Shown here piece by piece: positions 39,686-50,487 of a stretch of 64,000 nucleotides of DNA. Below the pieces are notes generated by a model. That model saw only the letters and a list, made by a program, of their open reading frames with translations. It had not been told where the DNA came from and made no database searches. The position numbers and the translations under genes were made by a program. The stretch's first letter is position 1, and each line of letters starts with the position of its first letter. This DNA comes from Alphaproteobacteria bacterium (GTDB lineage: Bacteria > Pseudomonadota > Alphaproteobacteria > SHVV01), in the NCBI GenBank assembly GCA_965261735.1, contig OZ253470.1, forward strand, positions 4,512,001 through 4,576,000. Reading direction: 5' to 3'.

Positions 39686-40636
39686 CTATCCCGTGAAGTC
39701 GAGGCCCATTTCGCGGTAGCGTTCGGGGTCATCGGGCCACTTCTCGCGCACCTTGACGAACAGGAAGAGGTGGACCCTGCGCTCCAGCGCCTCCTCGAGC
39801 TCGGCCCGCGCGGCGGCGCCGATGGCCTTGATCTGGTGGCCGCCCTTGCCGAGCACGATCGCCTTTTGGCTCGGCCGCTGAACGTAGACGACCTGGTCGA
39901 TGCGCACGGCGCCGCCCTTCTGCTCGTCCCATGCCTCGGTCTCTACGGTGGCGGCATAGGGCAGCTCCTGGTGGAGTTGGAGGTAGAGCTTCTCGCGCGT
40001 GATCTCGGCTGCCAGCAGGCGCAGCGAGATGTCGGCGACCTGATCCTCGGGGTAGAGCCAGGGGCCCTCCGGCACCCGGCCCGCGAGGAACGCGGCGAGG
40101 TCGCCGACGCCGTCGCCGGTCAGCGCCGAGATCATGAAGGTGTCGGTATACAGGCGCTCGCGGTCGAGCGATTCGGCGAGCCCCAGCAACGAGGGGCGCT
40201 TCACGGCGTCGATCTTGTTGAGCGCGAGCACCGCCTTGCTGCCCGAGTCACGCAGCGCATCGACGATGCGGCGGCTGTTCTCGTCGACCTGGCCGCGATG
40301 CGTCGCGGCGGCATCGACCAGGTGAACCACGAGATCGGCGCTATGGGCGCCGGCCCAGGCCGCCGCCACCATCGCCCGGTCGAGCTGCCGGCGCGGCAGA
40401 AAGATGCCGGGCGTGTCGACGAAGATGAGCTGCGCCGGACCGTGCAACGCGATGCCGATAATGCGGGCCCGCGTGGTTTGCACCTTGGGCGTCACGATCG
40501 CGACCTTGCTGCCGACGAGGATGTTGAGCAGGGTCGACTTGCCGACGTTGGGCGCACCGATGAGCGCGACGAAGCCGCAGCGCGAGGGCTCCGCGGTATC
40601 CGCGTTGCCACCCATGGGCCGGTCGGGCTCAGTCAT
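39686..40636 (-). CDS. era: GTPase Era
   Basis: GAPNVGKST, KVQTTR, DTPG, NKID, ELPY, KH domain VLGKGG. Confidence 0.97.
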   Translation of the reverse strand: MTEPDRPMGGNADTAEPSRCGFVALIGAPNVGKSTLLNILVGSKVAIVTPKVQTTRARIIGIALHGPAQLIFVDTPGIFLPRRQLDRAMVAAAWAGAHSADLVVHLVDAAATHRGQVDENSRRIVDALRDSGSKAVLALNKIDAVKRPSLLGLAESLDRERLYTDTFMISALTGDGVGDLAAFLAGRVPEGPWLYPEDQVADISLRLLAAEITREKLYLQLHQELPYAATVETEAWDEQKGGAVRIDQVVYVQRPSQKAIVLGKGGHQIKAIGAAARAELEEALERRVHLFLFVKVREKWPDDPERYREMGLDFTG

Positions 40637-41333
40637 CCGCGCCCTCCCGCTCGCCGTGCGTGGAAAGCAGCGCCGCGGCAGCCGCCTGCTCGGCCTCGCG
40701 CTTGGAACGGCCCGTGGCGGCGGCGGGAAGGCCGCCCTCGAGGGCCACTTCGACGGTAAAGAGGGGGCGGTGGGGCGGCCCCTCGCGGGCCACAATGCTG
40801 TACGCCGGCGGCGCGCGGCCGTGCGCCTGGGCCCACTCCTGGAGCTGCGTCTTGGCGTCGGTCGGGGGCGTCGTCAGGCCCTCGGCCAGCGGCCGCCAGT
40901 AGCGCTCGATGAAGGCGCGCGCCGCCGCGAGCCCGCCGTCGTGGTACAGCGCCGCGATCACCGCCTCGCAGGCGTCGGCGAGGATGGCCGGGTTTTCCGC
41001 CCCGCCGGCGGCACGCTCGCTCGGCGCCAGCCGCAGGAACGTGCCGAGACCTATGTCGCGCGCGATACCGGCGAGGGCCTCGCGCCGCACCAGCGCGTTG
41101 TAGCGTGGCGCAAGCGCACCGGCCTCGGCGTCGGGAAAGTGCTCGAACAGGAGATCGGCGATGACCAACCCTAGAACCCGGTCACCGAGGAATTCGAGGC
41201 GCTGGTAATCGGCAACGGGTCGCCCCCCGCGTTTCGCGGCGCTCGGGTGAACGAGCGCCTGAGCCAGCCATTCGGGCCGCGCAAAACGGTGGCCCAGGAT
41301 ATCCGCGAGGGGCTCGATCTTGCGGCTCTGCAT
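40629..41333 (-). CDS. rnc: Ribonuclease III
   Basis: YQRLEFLGDRVLGL, ADACEAVIAA, DAKTQLQEW. Confidence 0.97.
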   Translation of the reverse strand: MQSRKIEPLADILGHRFARPEWLAQALVHPSAAKRGGRPVADYQRLEFLGDRVLGLVIADLLFEHFPDAEAGALAPRYNALVRREALAGIARDIGLGTFLRLAPSERAAGGAENPAILADACEAVIAALYHDGGLAAARAFIERYWRPLAEGLTTPPTDAKTQLQEWAQAHGRAPPAYSIVAREGPPHRPLFTVEVALEGGLPAAATGRSKREAEQAAAAALLSTHGEREGADD

Positions 41334-41341
41334 GTCCGACG

Positions 41342-42100
41342 TCAGCCGGAGACGCCGCGGAACAGGCGTGCATAGCGGATCGCGAACGGCCAATCCCATA
41401 CCGCCCACCAGGCGGGTCCCCGACGTTTCGAGAAGAACAGGAACTCGGCCCGGCCCACGAGATTCTCGGCCGGCACCATGCCGACGCCGCCGCGGCGCGC
41501 GCTGACGCGACTGTCCATCGAATTGTCACGGTTGTCGCCCATGGCGAAATAGAAGCCCGGCGGGACCGTGAAGATGTCCGTGTCGTCGAACTCGCCGCCC
41601 GTCCTCAGATCGAGCGTTCGGTGCGCCCGGCCGCCGGGGAGCGTCTCGCGGTATTGGGTGGTGCGCAGGGCGCGGGCGCCGGGACCGGGATGAACAAAGT
41701 CGTCGATCCGGCTGCGCATCGTGGCCTCGTCGTTAACGTGGAGCACGCCACCGCGCATCTGTATGCGGTCGCCGGGCAGGCCGACGATGCGCTTGATGTA
41801 GTCGGTCGAATTGTCGCTCGGCGTCTTGAACACGGCGACATCGCCGCGCTTGGGATCGCGCGCGAAGATGCGCCCGCGAAACAGGGACGGGCTGAAGGGC
41901 AACGAATGACGGCTGTAGCCATAGGAGAATTTGGAGACGAACAGATAGTCGCCGACCAGCAGCGTCGGCAGCATCGACTCGGAGGGGATATTGAAGGGCT
42001 CGTAGGCGAATGTGCGGATGACGACGGCGATGGCGACGGCATAGACGACCGTTCGCACCGTCTCGCCGAGACCGCCCTTCTTGCGCTCGCGCCTGCTCAC
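41342..42100 (-). CDS. lepB: Signal peptidase I
   Basis: EPFNIPSESMLPTL, DYIKRIVGLPGD, MGDNRDNSMDSR; start approximate. Confidence 0.95.
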   Translation of the reverse strand: MSRRERKKGGLGETVRTVVYAVAIAVVIRTFAYEPFNIPSESMLPTLLVGDYLFVSKFSYGYSRHSLPFSPSLFRGRIFARDPKRGDVAVFKTPSDNSTDYIKRIVGLPGDRIQMRGGVLHVNDEATMRSRIDDFVHPGPGARALRTTQYRETLPGGRAHRTLDLRTGGEFDDTDIFTVPPGFYFAMGDNRDNSMDSRVSARRGGVGMVPAENLVGRAEFLFFSKRRGPAWWAVWDWPFAIRYARLFRGVSG

Positions 42101-42176
42101 GGGTGGGCTCGGCCGATCGGGGCTGCCTCGGCCCGCCGCGCCCGCCGCGCCCTCGCAAGCGATGTTGACGACGAGC

Positions 42177-42587
42177 TCAGAGCTTTGAATCCGTCGGCTC
42201 GGCCGTGATGAGCACAATCGCCTGGGCGAGCGGATGGTCGTCGGTGATGGTGAGCTCGACGTAGGCGACCATACCCTCGGGCGTGATCTCATCGAGCCGG
42301 CGCAGGGCGCCGCCGGTGAGGCGCATGGTCGGCTTGCCCGACCGGTGATTGACGACGCCCAGGTCGCGCCAGAACACGCCCCGTCGGAAGCCGGTACCGA
42401 GCGCCTTGGCGCAGGCCTCCTTGGCGGCGAAGCGCCGGGCGTAGGAAGCCGCGCGGTTAGCGCGGCCGTCGGATTTCACGCGTTCCGTGGGCGTGAACAC
42501 GCGGTCGAGAAACCGGTCGCCGAAGCGCCCCAGGGTGCCCTCGATGCGCCGGATGTCGATGAGGTCGCTGCCGAGGCCCAGGATCAT
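42177..42587 (-). CDS. acpS: Holo-ACP synthase
   Basis: [27 protein letters not shown]. Confidence 0.96.
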   Translation of the reverse strand: MILGLGSDLIDIRRIEGTLGRFGDRFLDRVFTPTERVKSDGRANRAASYARRFAAKEACAKALGTGFRRGVFWRDLGVVNHRSGKPTMRLTGGALRRLDEITPEGMVAYVELTITDDHPLAQAIVLITAEPTDSKL

Positions 42588-42602
42588 GCGAGCCGCGCGC
42601 CC

Positions 42603-43358
42603 CTACGCACTGCGCGCGCCGGTGGCGTTGGCCCGGGCCTGGTCCATCAGCGCGCGCATCCGCTTGATGCTGCTCTCGAGCCCGCTGAAGATCGCCTCGC
42701 CGATCAGGAAATGCCCGATGTTGAGCTCGACGATCGGCGGCAAGGCCGCGATCGCGCCGACGCTCTCGAAGGTGATGCCGTGCCCGGCGTGGCACTCGAG
42801 GCCGATCCGCTCCGCGTGGAAGGCGGCCTCGCTGAGGCGATCGAGCTCGGAATCGCGGGTGCCACCGAGCGCCGCGCAATAGGCCCCCGTGTGGAGTTCG
42901 ACCACCGGGGCACCGATGCGGCGGGCGGCCTCGAGCTGCGCGGCTTCGGGATCGATGAACAGGGACACGCGGCAGCCGGCATCGGTGAGCCGCGCGACAA
43001 CAGGAGCGAGCGCGACCTCGCCCGCCACCGCGTCGAGCCCGCCTTCGGTCGTCACCTCGCGCCGCTCCTCCGGGACCACGCACACCGCGTGCGGGCGGCG
43101 GCGCACAGCGACCGCCACCATGTCGGTGGTTGCCGCCATTTCGAGATTGATCGGCGCATCGAGAGCCTCGATCAGGCGACTCAGATCGTCGTCCGAGATG
43201 TGGCGCCGGTCCTCGCGCAAATGCACGGTGAGGCCGTCGGCACCAGCGGCGGCGGCGAGGCGAGCCGCGCGCACCGGGTCGGGGTGGCGCCCGCCGCGGG
43301 CGTTGCGGATCGTGGCGACGTGGTCGATGTTGACGCCGAGGCGCAGGGTCCGGCTCAT
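42603..43358 (-). CDS. pdxJ: Pyridoxine 5'-phosphate synthase
   Basis: LGVNIDHVATIRNAR, HLREDRRHI, TTEGGLD, HAGHG, ELNIGH. Confidence 0.97.
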   Translation of the reverse strand: MSRTLRLGVNIDHVATIRNARGGRHPDPVRAARLAAAAGADGLTVHLREDRRHISDDDLSRLIEALDAPINLEMAATTDMVAVAVRRRPHAVCVVPEERREVTTEGGLDAVAGEVALAPVVARLTDAGCRVSLFIDPEAAQLEAARRIGAPVVELHTGAYCAALGGTRDSELDRLSEAAFHAERIGLECHAGHGITFESVGAIAALPPIVELNIGHFLIGEAIFSGLESSIKRMRALMDQARANATGARSA

Positions 43359-43428
43359 GGTTCGAGGATATCCAGCAGGTGAGCGCTCCCACAAGCCACA
43401 TTTGGGCGGCGCGCCGCCGTGCCCGCGC

Positions 43429-45579
43429 TCAGCCGCGCACCCGTTTGACCGAGCTGATCTCGGGGCTCGCACGCAGCGCGGTGATGATGTCGGTCAAATG
43501 CTTGGCGTCGCGCACCTGGATGTCGACCACCATCTCGAAGAAGTCGGGCGAGCGGTTGACGATGCGCAGGTTGCTGATATTGCCGAGGTTACGCGCGATC
43601 ACGGCGGACAGCGTGGCCAGGCTGCCGGGCTCGTTGGCGATGACGGTGGTGATGCGGCCGACGCGTACCTCGGCCTCCTCGGAGTCGTGCGTCCACGACA
43701 CGTCGAGCCAGCTCTCGGGCGAATCGGCGAGGTTCACCAACGTATCGCAGTCGATCGTATGAATCGTGACGCCCTTGCCGCGCGTGACGATGCCGACGAT
43801 GCGATCGCCCGGCAGCGGGTGGCAGCAGGTGGCGATGTGAACCGCCATGCCCGGGATGAGCCCGCGAATCGGCACCGCCGGATCGCCACCCTTCACGGGC
43901 TTGGCCCGCGGGCGCATGAAGGCGAGCATGCGACGGGCGCCGCTGCGTGCCTTGCGCTCGCCCGGATAGACCGCCTCGACCACGCGTTGGGCCGCGAGCA
44001 CACCCTCGCCGACGGCCGCGAGCAGGTCGCCATCGCTCTTGTACATGAACACCTTGCGCGCGCCCTCGAGCACCTTGTCGGAATAGTCGTAGTCGTCCTG
44101 GCGGAAGGTCTTCTCGAGAATAGCGCGGCCGAGGTTGACGTATTCGCTGCGGCGCTGGAGGCGGACGAAGCGGCGGATCGCGGCGCGCGCCTTGCCGGTG
44201 ACGACGAAGCTCTCCCAGGTCGGCTGCGGCGTCTGCGCGCTGGAGCGCAGGATCTCGACCTGATCGCCGTTGTCGAGGCGGGTGCGCAAGGGCGCGATGC
44301 GGCCGTTGATCTTGGCGCCCACGCACGAGTCGCCGACGCCGGTATGCACGGCGTAGGCAAAGTCGACCGGCGTCGCGCCGCGCGGCAGGGCGATCAGGTC
44401 TCCCTTGGGGCTGAAGCAGAACACCTGATCCTGGAACATTTCGAGCTTGGTGTGCTCGAAGAACTCGTCGGGGTCGGACGCCTGCTCGAGGATCTCCAGT
44501 AGCTCACGGATCCAGCGATACTGGCTCCCATCCTGAGGATCGGCCTGCTGCTTGTACTGCCAATGCGCGGCGACGCCGAGCTCGGCCTCGCGGTGCATTT
44601 CCCAGGTCCGGATCTGGAGCTCGATGCGCTGCTGCTCGGGACCGATGACGGCGGTATGGAGCGAGCGGTAGTTATTGCGCTTCGGCGTCGAGATGTAGTC
44701 CTTGAAGCGGTCCGGCACCATGGGATAGGCGCTGTGCAGCGCACCGAGCGCCCGGTAACTGTCGGCGACACTGTCGACCACCACGCGGAACGCCATGATG
44801 TCGGCGAGCTGCTCGAAGGCAACGTTCTTGCGCTCCATCTTGCGCCATACCGAATAGAGGCGCTTTTCGCGCCCCGAAACCCAGGCCTCGATCCCCGATT
44901 CGGCGAGCGTGTTTTCGAGCTGGTCGGTGATGCGGGTCACGAGATCGCCGCCCCTCTCCCGGAGAAACTGAAGGCGCGCCTGTACCGAGTCGCGCGCCTC
45001 GGCATTGAGCTCGGCGAACGCCAGGTCTTCGAGCTCCTCCTTCATGTCCTGCATGCCGATGCGCTCGGCGAGCGGCGCGTAGATGTCCATCGTTTCGTGG
45101 GCGATGCGCTGACGCTTGGCCGAGTCACGTATGAACCCGAGCGTGCGCATGTTGTGGAGCCGGTCGGCGAGCTTGACCAGGAGCACGCGGATATCGGCCG
45201 ACATGGCGACGAGGAATTTACGGAAGTTCTCGGCCTGCCGCGTCTTGTCGGACAGCAGCTCGATTTGCGACAGCTTGGTGACGCCGTCGACGAGGCGCGC
45301 GACTTCGGGCCCGAACATGTCCTCGATCTGGCCGAGTGTGGCCAGCGTATCCTCGACCGTGTCGTGCAACAGCGCGGTAATGACGGTCGCGCTGTCGAGC
45401 TTCAAGGCGGCGACGATGCTGGCGACTTCCTGGGGGTGGGAGTAGTAGGGGTCGCCGGACTCACGCTTCTGCGAGCCGTGCGCCGCCATCGAAAAGTCGT
45501 AGGCTTTCTTGACGAGCTCGGCCGCGGCGGGGCTGTCGTAGGCCCGCATGTTTTCGAGTAGGTCGAGCTGGGCGGTCAC
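43429..45579 (-). CDS. spoT: Bifunctional (p)ppGpp synthetase/hydrolase (Rsh)
   Basis: HGSQKRESG, LLHDTVED, KLADRLHNMRT, YRSLHT, AAHW; TGS and ACT domains. Confidence 0.96.
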   Translation of the reverse strand: MTAQLDLLENMRAYDSPAAAELVKKAYDFSMAAHGSQKRESGDPYYSHPQEVASIVAALKLDSATVITALLHDTVEDTLATLGQIEDMFGPEVARLVDGVTKLSQIELLSDKTRQAENFRKFLVAMSADIRVLLVKLADRLHNMRTLGFIRDSAKRQRIAHETMDIYAPLAERIGMQDMKEELEDLAFAELNAEARDSVQARLQFLRERGGDLVTRITDQLENTLAESGIEAWVSGREKRLYSVWRKMERKNVAFEQLADIMAFRVVVDSVADSYRALGALHSAYPMVPDRFKDYISTPKRNNYRSLHTAVIGPEQQRIELQIRTWEMHREAELGVAAHWQYKQQADPQDGSQYRWIRELLEILEQASDPDEFFEHTKLEMFQDQVFCFSPKGDLIALPRGATPVDFAYAVHTGVGDSCVGAKINGRIAPLRTRLDNGDQVEILRSSAQTPQPTWESFVVTGKARAAIRRFVRLQRRSEYVNLGRAILEKTFRQDDYDYSDKVLEGARKVFMYKSDGDLLAAVGEGVLAAQRVVEAVYPGERKARSGARRMLAFMRPRAKPVKGGDPAVPIRGLIPGMAVHIATCCHPLPGDRIVGIVTRGKGVTIHTIDCDTLVNLADSPESWLDVSWTHDSEEAEVRVGRITTVIANEPGSLATLSAVIARNLGNISNLRIVNRSPDFFEMVVDIQVRDAKHLTDIITALRASPEISSVKRVRG

Positions 45580-45660
45580 GGCTGGTGCGGAGGCCCGCCG
45601 CCGCGGGTCAGCAAATGGTCGTCGCTCCGGAAAAGCGCATCCCCATACGGAGGCAGGCGG

Positions 45661-46065
45661 TCAGGAGGCGTCGTCGGAGGCGCCATCGCTTTCATCGGCA
45701 CCCGGGGGCGACGCGACTTCTTCCCCTTCCGTTTCGGCGACCGCGCTTTCCTCGACGGGTTCGGCCGCTTCCGAAACGCCGACCCACTCCTCGCTCGACA
45801 TCAACAAGGCGATGTCGTCCTCCTCCGGCTCGTCGGCTTCGACGTGCTTTTGCAGGCCGCGCACGAGGGATTGCGCCAGGCCGTCGAGATCGACGGTCTC
45901 CTCCGCAATCTCGCGCAGGGCGACGACGGGGTTCTTATCGTTATCGCGTTCGACGGTGAGTGGCTCGCCGACGGAGATCTTGCGGGCGCGCTGGGCCGCC
46001 AGCACGACGAGCTCGAAACGGTTGGGTATCTTGGTGATGCAGTCTTCGACGGTAATGCGCGCCAT
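45661..46065 (-). CDS. rpoZ: RNA polymerase omega subunit
   Basis: [35 protein letters not shown] with acidic tail. Confidence 0.97.
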   Translation of the reverse strand: MARITVEDCITKIPNRFELVVLAAQRARKISVGEPLTVERDNDKNPVVALREIAEETVDLDGLAQSLVRGLQKHVEADEPEEDDIALLMSSEEWVGVSEAAEPVEESAVAETEGEEVASPPGADESDGASDDAS

Positions 46066-46141
46066 GCCTCGGCTCCCGGGCGATCCGCGGATGTTCCATA
46101 AATATTCGCTCGACGTCGCAAAGGCAAGGTAAACAACGGTA

Positions 46142-46663
46142 TTAGCGGGATTCGTCCTCGTTTATCGGCGTGATTGCCTGCTCGGGTCCGAGTTTATCGA
46201 TGAGCGTGCTCACGCTGTCCCCGGACACCGGGTGTCGCCACTCGGGCGCCACGTCGCGGAGCGGATGGAGCACGAACGCGCGCTCGTGCAGGCGCGGATG
46301 GGGCAGCGCGGGCGCCGCCTCGCCCGGCCGCGGTTCCTGCACGAGGTCGTCATAGGCGAGAAGATCGAGATCGACCGCGCGGGGCTCGTTGCGCGCGCGC
46401 CGCCGGCGGCCCAGGTTGCGCTCCACGGCGTGGAGAATCGCGAGCAGCTCAACGGGGGGCGGCGCCGTGCTCACCGCCGCGACGGCATTCACGAACCAGG
46501 GCTGATCGCCGGCCGGGACCGGTGCGCTGCGGTACCAGCGCGACCGCCTTAGGACAATGACGCCCGCGGCCACCAGATGCTCGAGGGCGGCCGCGAGCGT
46601 GGCCCGCGGCTCTCCGTGGCTCGGACTCGGCAGATTGGCGCCGAGGCCGACGAGAATCACCAT
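46142..46663 (-). CDS. folK: 2-amino-4-hydroxy-6-hydroxymethyldihydropteridine pyrophosphokinase
   Basis: [36 protein letters not shown]. Confidence 0.95.
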   Translation of the reverse strand: MVILVGLGANLPSPSHGEPRATLAAALEHLVAAGVIVLRRSRWYRSAPVPAGDQPWFVNAVAAVSTAPPPVELLAILHAVERNLGRRRRARNEPRAVDLDLLAYDDLVQEPRPGEAAPALPHPRLHERAFVLHPLRDVAPEWRHPVSGDSVSTLIDKLGPEQAITPINEDESR

Positions 46664-46739
46664 CTCAAACCGTTCACGAATGTTTGCACCGATTCCAGGG
46701 CCCTGCCCCTTGCGGTCGCGGCGGGTTGGGTTAGATTAA

Positions 46740-46911
46740 GGGGCTTACATACTTAGCTTGACGGGCAGGTTCGCCGGCTGCCGTGGCCCCCGTCTTAGCT
46801 GCAATGCGGTCGCCGAAGAGTGGTTTTTCCGGTCTTGGGCTGTTGTGTTACGTTCGTACCGACTGACGCGAGCGCGGGATTGCCGCCTGTCAAGTTAAGT
46901 ATGTAAGCCCC
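46740..46911. mobile_element. 172-bp MITE with 27-bp terminal inverted repeats and 8-bp target duplication
   Basis: GGGGCTTACATACTTAGCTTGACGGGC / GCCTGTCAAGTTAAGTATGTAAGCCCC (25/27); TAGATTAA at 46732-46739 and 46912-46919; no ORF. Confidence 0.85.
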
Positions 46912-47009
46912 TAGATTAAGGCCCCCCAGCGAGGACCGTTGCGCCGATCGTTGCAACACTAATCGGGCCCGAATTCTCTCTCCGGTTACTGACCAATTGA
47001 TTTACAGGT

Positions 47010-47618
47010 ATGTCAATGACCTTTTATCCGCAAGAACGCATCGCCTTGTTTATTGATGGGGCTAATCTATACGCTGCGGCGCGCGCGCTCGGCTTCGATA
47101 TCGACTACAAGCGCCTGCTCGAAGAGTTCTCGGCGAAGGGCCGACTGATCCGCGCCTTTTACTACACCGCGATGATGGACGATCAGGAGTATTCGCCCAT
47201 TCGCCCGCTGGTCGACTGGCTCGACTACAACGGCTACTCCATGGTGACCAAACCGACCAAGGAGTTCACCGACGCGGCGGGCCGACGCAAGATCAAGGGC
47301 AACATGGACATCGAGCTGGCGATCGACGTCATGGAAATGGTCCATCGGCTCGACCATGTGGTCCTGTTTTCGGGCGACGGCGACTTTCGCCGCCTCGTCG
47401 AGGCAGCCCAGCGCAAGGGCGCCCGCGTGACCGTCGTCTCGACCATGCGCTCGCAGCCGCCGATGGTGGCCGACGAGCTGCGGCGCCAAGCCGACAACTT
47501 CATCGAGCTGCAGGACCTTGCGCCTCTCATAAGCCGCGCCCAGGTGGCGCGGGCGCCGGCGGCGGCGCTCGACGAGGAAGCCGACCCCAACGACGATCGT
47601 TGGCGGCACACCGCGTGA
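47010..47618 (+). CDS. NYN domain protein (LabA/DUF88 family)
   Basis: LFIDGANL, KGNMDIELAID, FSGDGDF, LRRQADNF. Confidence 0.93.
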   Translation: MSMTFYPQERIALFIDGANLYAAARALGFDIDYKRLLEEFSAKGRLIRAFYYTAMMDDQEYSPIRPLVDWLDYNGYSMVTKPTKEFTDAAGRRKIKGNMDIELAIDVMEMVHRLDHVVLFSGDGDFRRLVEAAQRKGARVTVVSTMRSQPPMVADELRRQADNFIELQDLAPLISRAQVARAPAAALDEEADPNDDRWRHTA

Positions 47619-48274
47619 CGCCGGCACTGGCCGCGCCCACGCCGGGGCGCGACTGCCCGCTTTGTCCGCGATTGTCCGGGTATCGCGCCGCCAACCGGCG
47701 TGACCAGCCGGAGTGGCACAACGCACCGGTCGAGTCACTGACGCCGGCGGACGGGCCGGTTCGGCTGCTGATCGTGGGACTCGCGCCAGGCCTGCGCGGC
47801 GCCAACCGAACCGGCCGACCTTTCACCGGTGATTACGCCGGCGAACTCCTCTATCCGACCTTGCTCGCCTTCGGATTCGCGCGCGGGCGCTACGAAGCTC
47901 GGGTCGACGACGGCCTGGAGCTCGTCGGCTGCCGCATCACCAACGCGGTCCGCTGCGTTCCGCCGGCGAACCGGCCGACGACGCCCGAGATCGCCGCGTG
48001 CCGGCCCTTTCTCGTCGCAGAGACGGGCGCGCTGCCGGACTTGCAAGCCATCCTCGCGCTGGGGCGCATCGCTCACGAGTCGGTGCTTGTCGCGCTCGGC
48101 GCGCATCGGGCCGCGTACCCCTTCAGCCACGGCGCGATTCATGACCTGCCCGGGCCGGCGTTCCTCGCCGACAGCTACCACTGCTCGCGCTACAACGTGA
48201 ACACCCGCCGCCTCTCAGCCGCCATGTTCGAGGCGGTCATCGCCGACTTGCGGCGCCGCATCGACGCCGCTTGA
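47615..48274 (+). CDS. Uracil-DNA glycosylase (family 5-like, Fe-S)
   Basis: CPLCPRL, GLAPGLRGANRTGRPFTGD, NAVRCVPP, SYHCSRYN. Confidence 0.9.
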   Translation: MTPALAAPTPGRDCPLCPRLSGYRAANRRDQPEWHNAPVESLTPADGPVRLLIVGLAPGLRGANRTGRPFTGDYAGELLYPTLLAFGFARGRYEARVDDGLELVGCRITNAVRCVPPANRPTTPEIAACRPFLVAETGALPDLQAILALGRIAHESVLVALGAHRAAYPFSHGAIHDLPGPAFLADSYHCSRYNVNTRRLSAAMFEAVIADLRRRIDAA

Positions 48275-48304
48275 AAACGCCCGCCACGGGTTCGCGCTCA
48301 CGGC

Positions 48305-48775
48305 CTAGCCCTTTTCGCGCAGCAACCGGGCTTTGGCGCGCTGCCAGTCGCGCTCGCGCACGGTGTCGCGCTTGTCATGAATCTTCTTGCCGCGCGCGAG
48401 GGCGATTTCGACCTTGGCGATGCCGCGCTCGTTGAAGTAGATCGACAGCGGGACCAGCGTCATGCCGTGACGGTGCACGGCACTCAAGAGGCGCTCGCGC
48501 TCTCGCCGATGTACGAGCAGCTTGCGCGTGCGCCGGGCCTCGTGGCCGAAGCGACTCGACGGGCCATATTCGGGGATGTAGGCGTTGACGAGGAAGAATT
48601 CGCCGTCGCGCCCCGTGGCATAGGCCTCGGTGATGTCGGCCTGGCCCTGACGCAGGCTCTTGACTTCGCTGCCGGCGAGCATGACGCCGGCCTCGGTCAC
48701 TTCTTCGATGAAGTAGTTGCGGCGCGCTTTGCGGTTGACCGCGGCGCGGCGGCCCGGCGTTTCTTTTTGCGCCAT
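48305..48775 (-). CDS. smpB: SsrA-binding protein
   Basis: [36 protein letters not shown]. Confidence 0.97.
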   Translation of the reverse strand: MAQKETPGRRAAVNRKARRNYFIEEVTEAGVMLAGSEVKSLRQGQADITEAYATGRDGEFFLVNAYIPEYGPSSRFGHEARRTRKLLVHRRERERLLSAVHRHGMTLVPLSIYFNERGIAKVEIALARGKKIHDKRDTVRERDWQRAKARLLREKG

Positions 48776-48778
48776 GCC

Positions 48779-49654
48779 TCAGTTGAGGATGCCGGCCTGG
48801 CGCATTCCCGCGGCGACCCTCGCCTTCGAGGCCTCCGCCAGCGGCGCGAGCGGCAGCCGCACCGTATCGGCGCACAGGCCGAGCAGGCTGGCCGCATACT
48901 TCACCGGCGCCGGATTCGATTCGACGAACAACGCCTCGTGCAGCGGCATCAGCCGGTCCTGAAGCGCCACGGCCCTGTCGACGTCGCGCGCCGCCCAGGC
49001 GTCGTAGAACTCGACACAGACGCGCGGCGCCACGTTGGCGGTGACCGAAATGCAGCCGTGGCCGCCGTGAGCCATCAGGGCAAGCGCCGTGCCGTCCTCG
49101 CCCGAGAGCTGGTTGAAGTCGGGGCCGATGGCGACGCGCTGCCGGCTGACGCGTGCGAGGTCCGCCGTCGCGTCCTTCACGCCCACGATGTGGGGGAGTT
49201 CGGCGAGCCGCCTCATCGTCTCGACCGACATGTCGACGACGCTGCGCGGCGGTATGTTGTAGATGATGATGGGCAGCGCCACGGCATCGTTGATGGCGCG
49301 GAAGTGCTCGTACAGTCCCTCCTGGGTCGGCTTGTTGTAGTAGGGGGTGACGACGAGGGCCGCATCGGCGCCGGCCTCCTTGGCGTGGCGCGTCATTTCG
49401 ATCGCCTCTTGGGTCGAGTTGGAGCCGGTGCCGGCGATGATCGGCACCCGGCCGGCGGCCGCGTCGATGCACAGCTCGATCACCCGCTTGTGCTCCGCAT
49501 GGCTCAGCGTCGGCGATTCGCCGGTGGTGCCGCAGGGAACGAGGCCGTGAATCCCTTCGCCGATCTGCCACTCGACCAGCGAGCGAAATGCCGCCTCGTC
49601 GACGCCGCCGTTGGCGAACGGCGTGATGATGGCGCAGATATAGCCGGTGAACAT
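48779..49654 (-). CDS. dapA: 4-hydroxy-tetrahydrodipicolinate synthase
   Basis: [36 protein letters not shown]. Confidence 0.96.
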   Translation of the reverse strand: MFTGYICAIITPFANGGVDEAAFRSLVEWQIGEGIHGLVPCGTTGESPTLSHAEHKRVIELCIDAAAGRVPIIAGTGSNSTQEAIEMTRHAKEAGADAALVVTPYYNKPTQEGLYEHFRAINDAVALPIIIYNIPPRSVVDMSVETMRRLAELPHIVGVKDATADLARVSRQRVAIGPDFNQLSGEDGTALALMAHGGHGCISVTANVAPRVCVEFYDAWAARDVDRAVALQDRLMPLHEALFVESNPAPVKYAASLLGLCADTVRLPLAPLAEASKARVAAGMRQAGILN

Positions 49655-49794
49655 GGCTCCCTCCGTCCCGGTGCCGTTTCCCCGGAAACCATACTCCCGC
49701 GCACCCGCGCCCGGCAAGCCGGCTGCCGCCGTGCCCGGCCGAGCGTGCTATCCTCGCCGCCGGCTCGCCGGGAGCATTAGTCGGGGCACCTGTC

Positions 49795-50487
49795 ATGGAC
49801 GAAGCGGAGCGGCTCGCAGGGGTCCGTGCCTGCGTGTTCGATGCCTACGGCACGCTGTTCGATTTCGCGGCGGCGGCGCAGCGCTGCCGCGCGGATCTCG
49901 GCGATCACGCCGATGCGCTCGCCGAGACATGGCGCACCAAACAGCTCCAATACACCTGGCTGCGCAGCCTCATGGACCGGTACGCCGACTTCTGGCAGGT
50001 GACTGGGGAGGCGCTCGACTATGCGCTCGCGAGCCTCGGGCGCGACGACGCGCCGCTGCGCGAGCGCCTCATGCGGCTCTATTTCGAACTCGACTCCTAC
50101 CCCGAGGTCGGCGCCGTGCTCGGTCGACTGGAGGAGGCCGGAATGGCCTGCGCCATCCTCTCGAACGGGACGCCGGCGATGCTCGAGGCCGCGGTTACCC
50201 ACGCCGGCCTTACGGGCGCGCTCCAGGCCGTGTATTCGGCCGACTCCTTGCGCATCTACAAGCCGCACCCCAGCGTTTACCAGCTCGCGGTCGATGGCCT
50301 GAAGTGCCAGGCCGCCGACATCGCCTACCTGTCCGCCAACGCGTGGGACGCCGCCGCGGCCGCCGCATATGGCTATCAGGTCGTGTGGATCAACCGCTTT
50401 GGCCAGGCGCGTGAAAGGCTGCCCGAGGCGCCTAGGGCAGAGATCGCCACGCTGGAGGCGCTTCCCGCCCTCCTTGGGATCGCCTAG
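49795..50487 (+). CDS. Haloacid dehalogenase type II
   Basis: FDAYGTLFD, WRTKQLQYTW, LSNG, YKPHP, SANAWD. Confidence 0.92.
   Translation: MDEAERLAGVRACVFDAYGTLFDFAAAAQRCRADLGDHADALAETWRTKQLQYTWLRSLMDRYADFWQVTGEALDYALASLGRDDAPLRERLMRLYFELDSYPEVGAVLGRLEEAGMACAILSNGTPAMLEAAVTHAGLTGALQAVYSADSLRIYKPHPSVYQLAVDGLKCQAADIAYLSANAWDAAAAAAYGYQVVWINRFGQARERLPEAPRAEIATLEALPALLGIA

Noticed and set aside
46740-46911. 6S RNA or riboswitch reading of the long hairpin
   Set aside because: The exact 8-bp flanking duplication and transposon-like termini fit a MITE better; not fully excluded.
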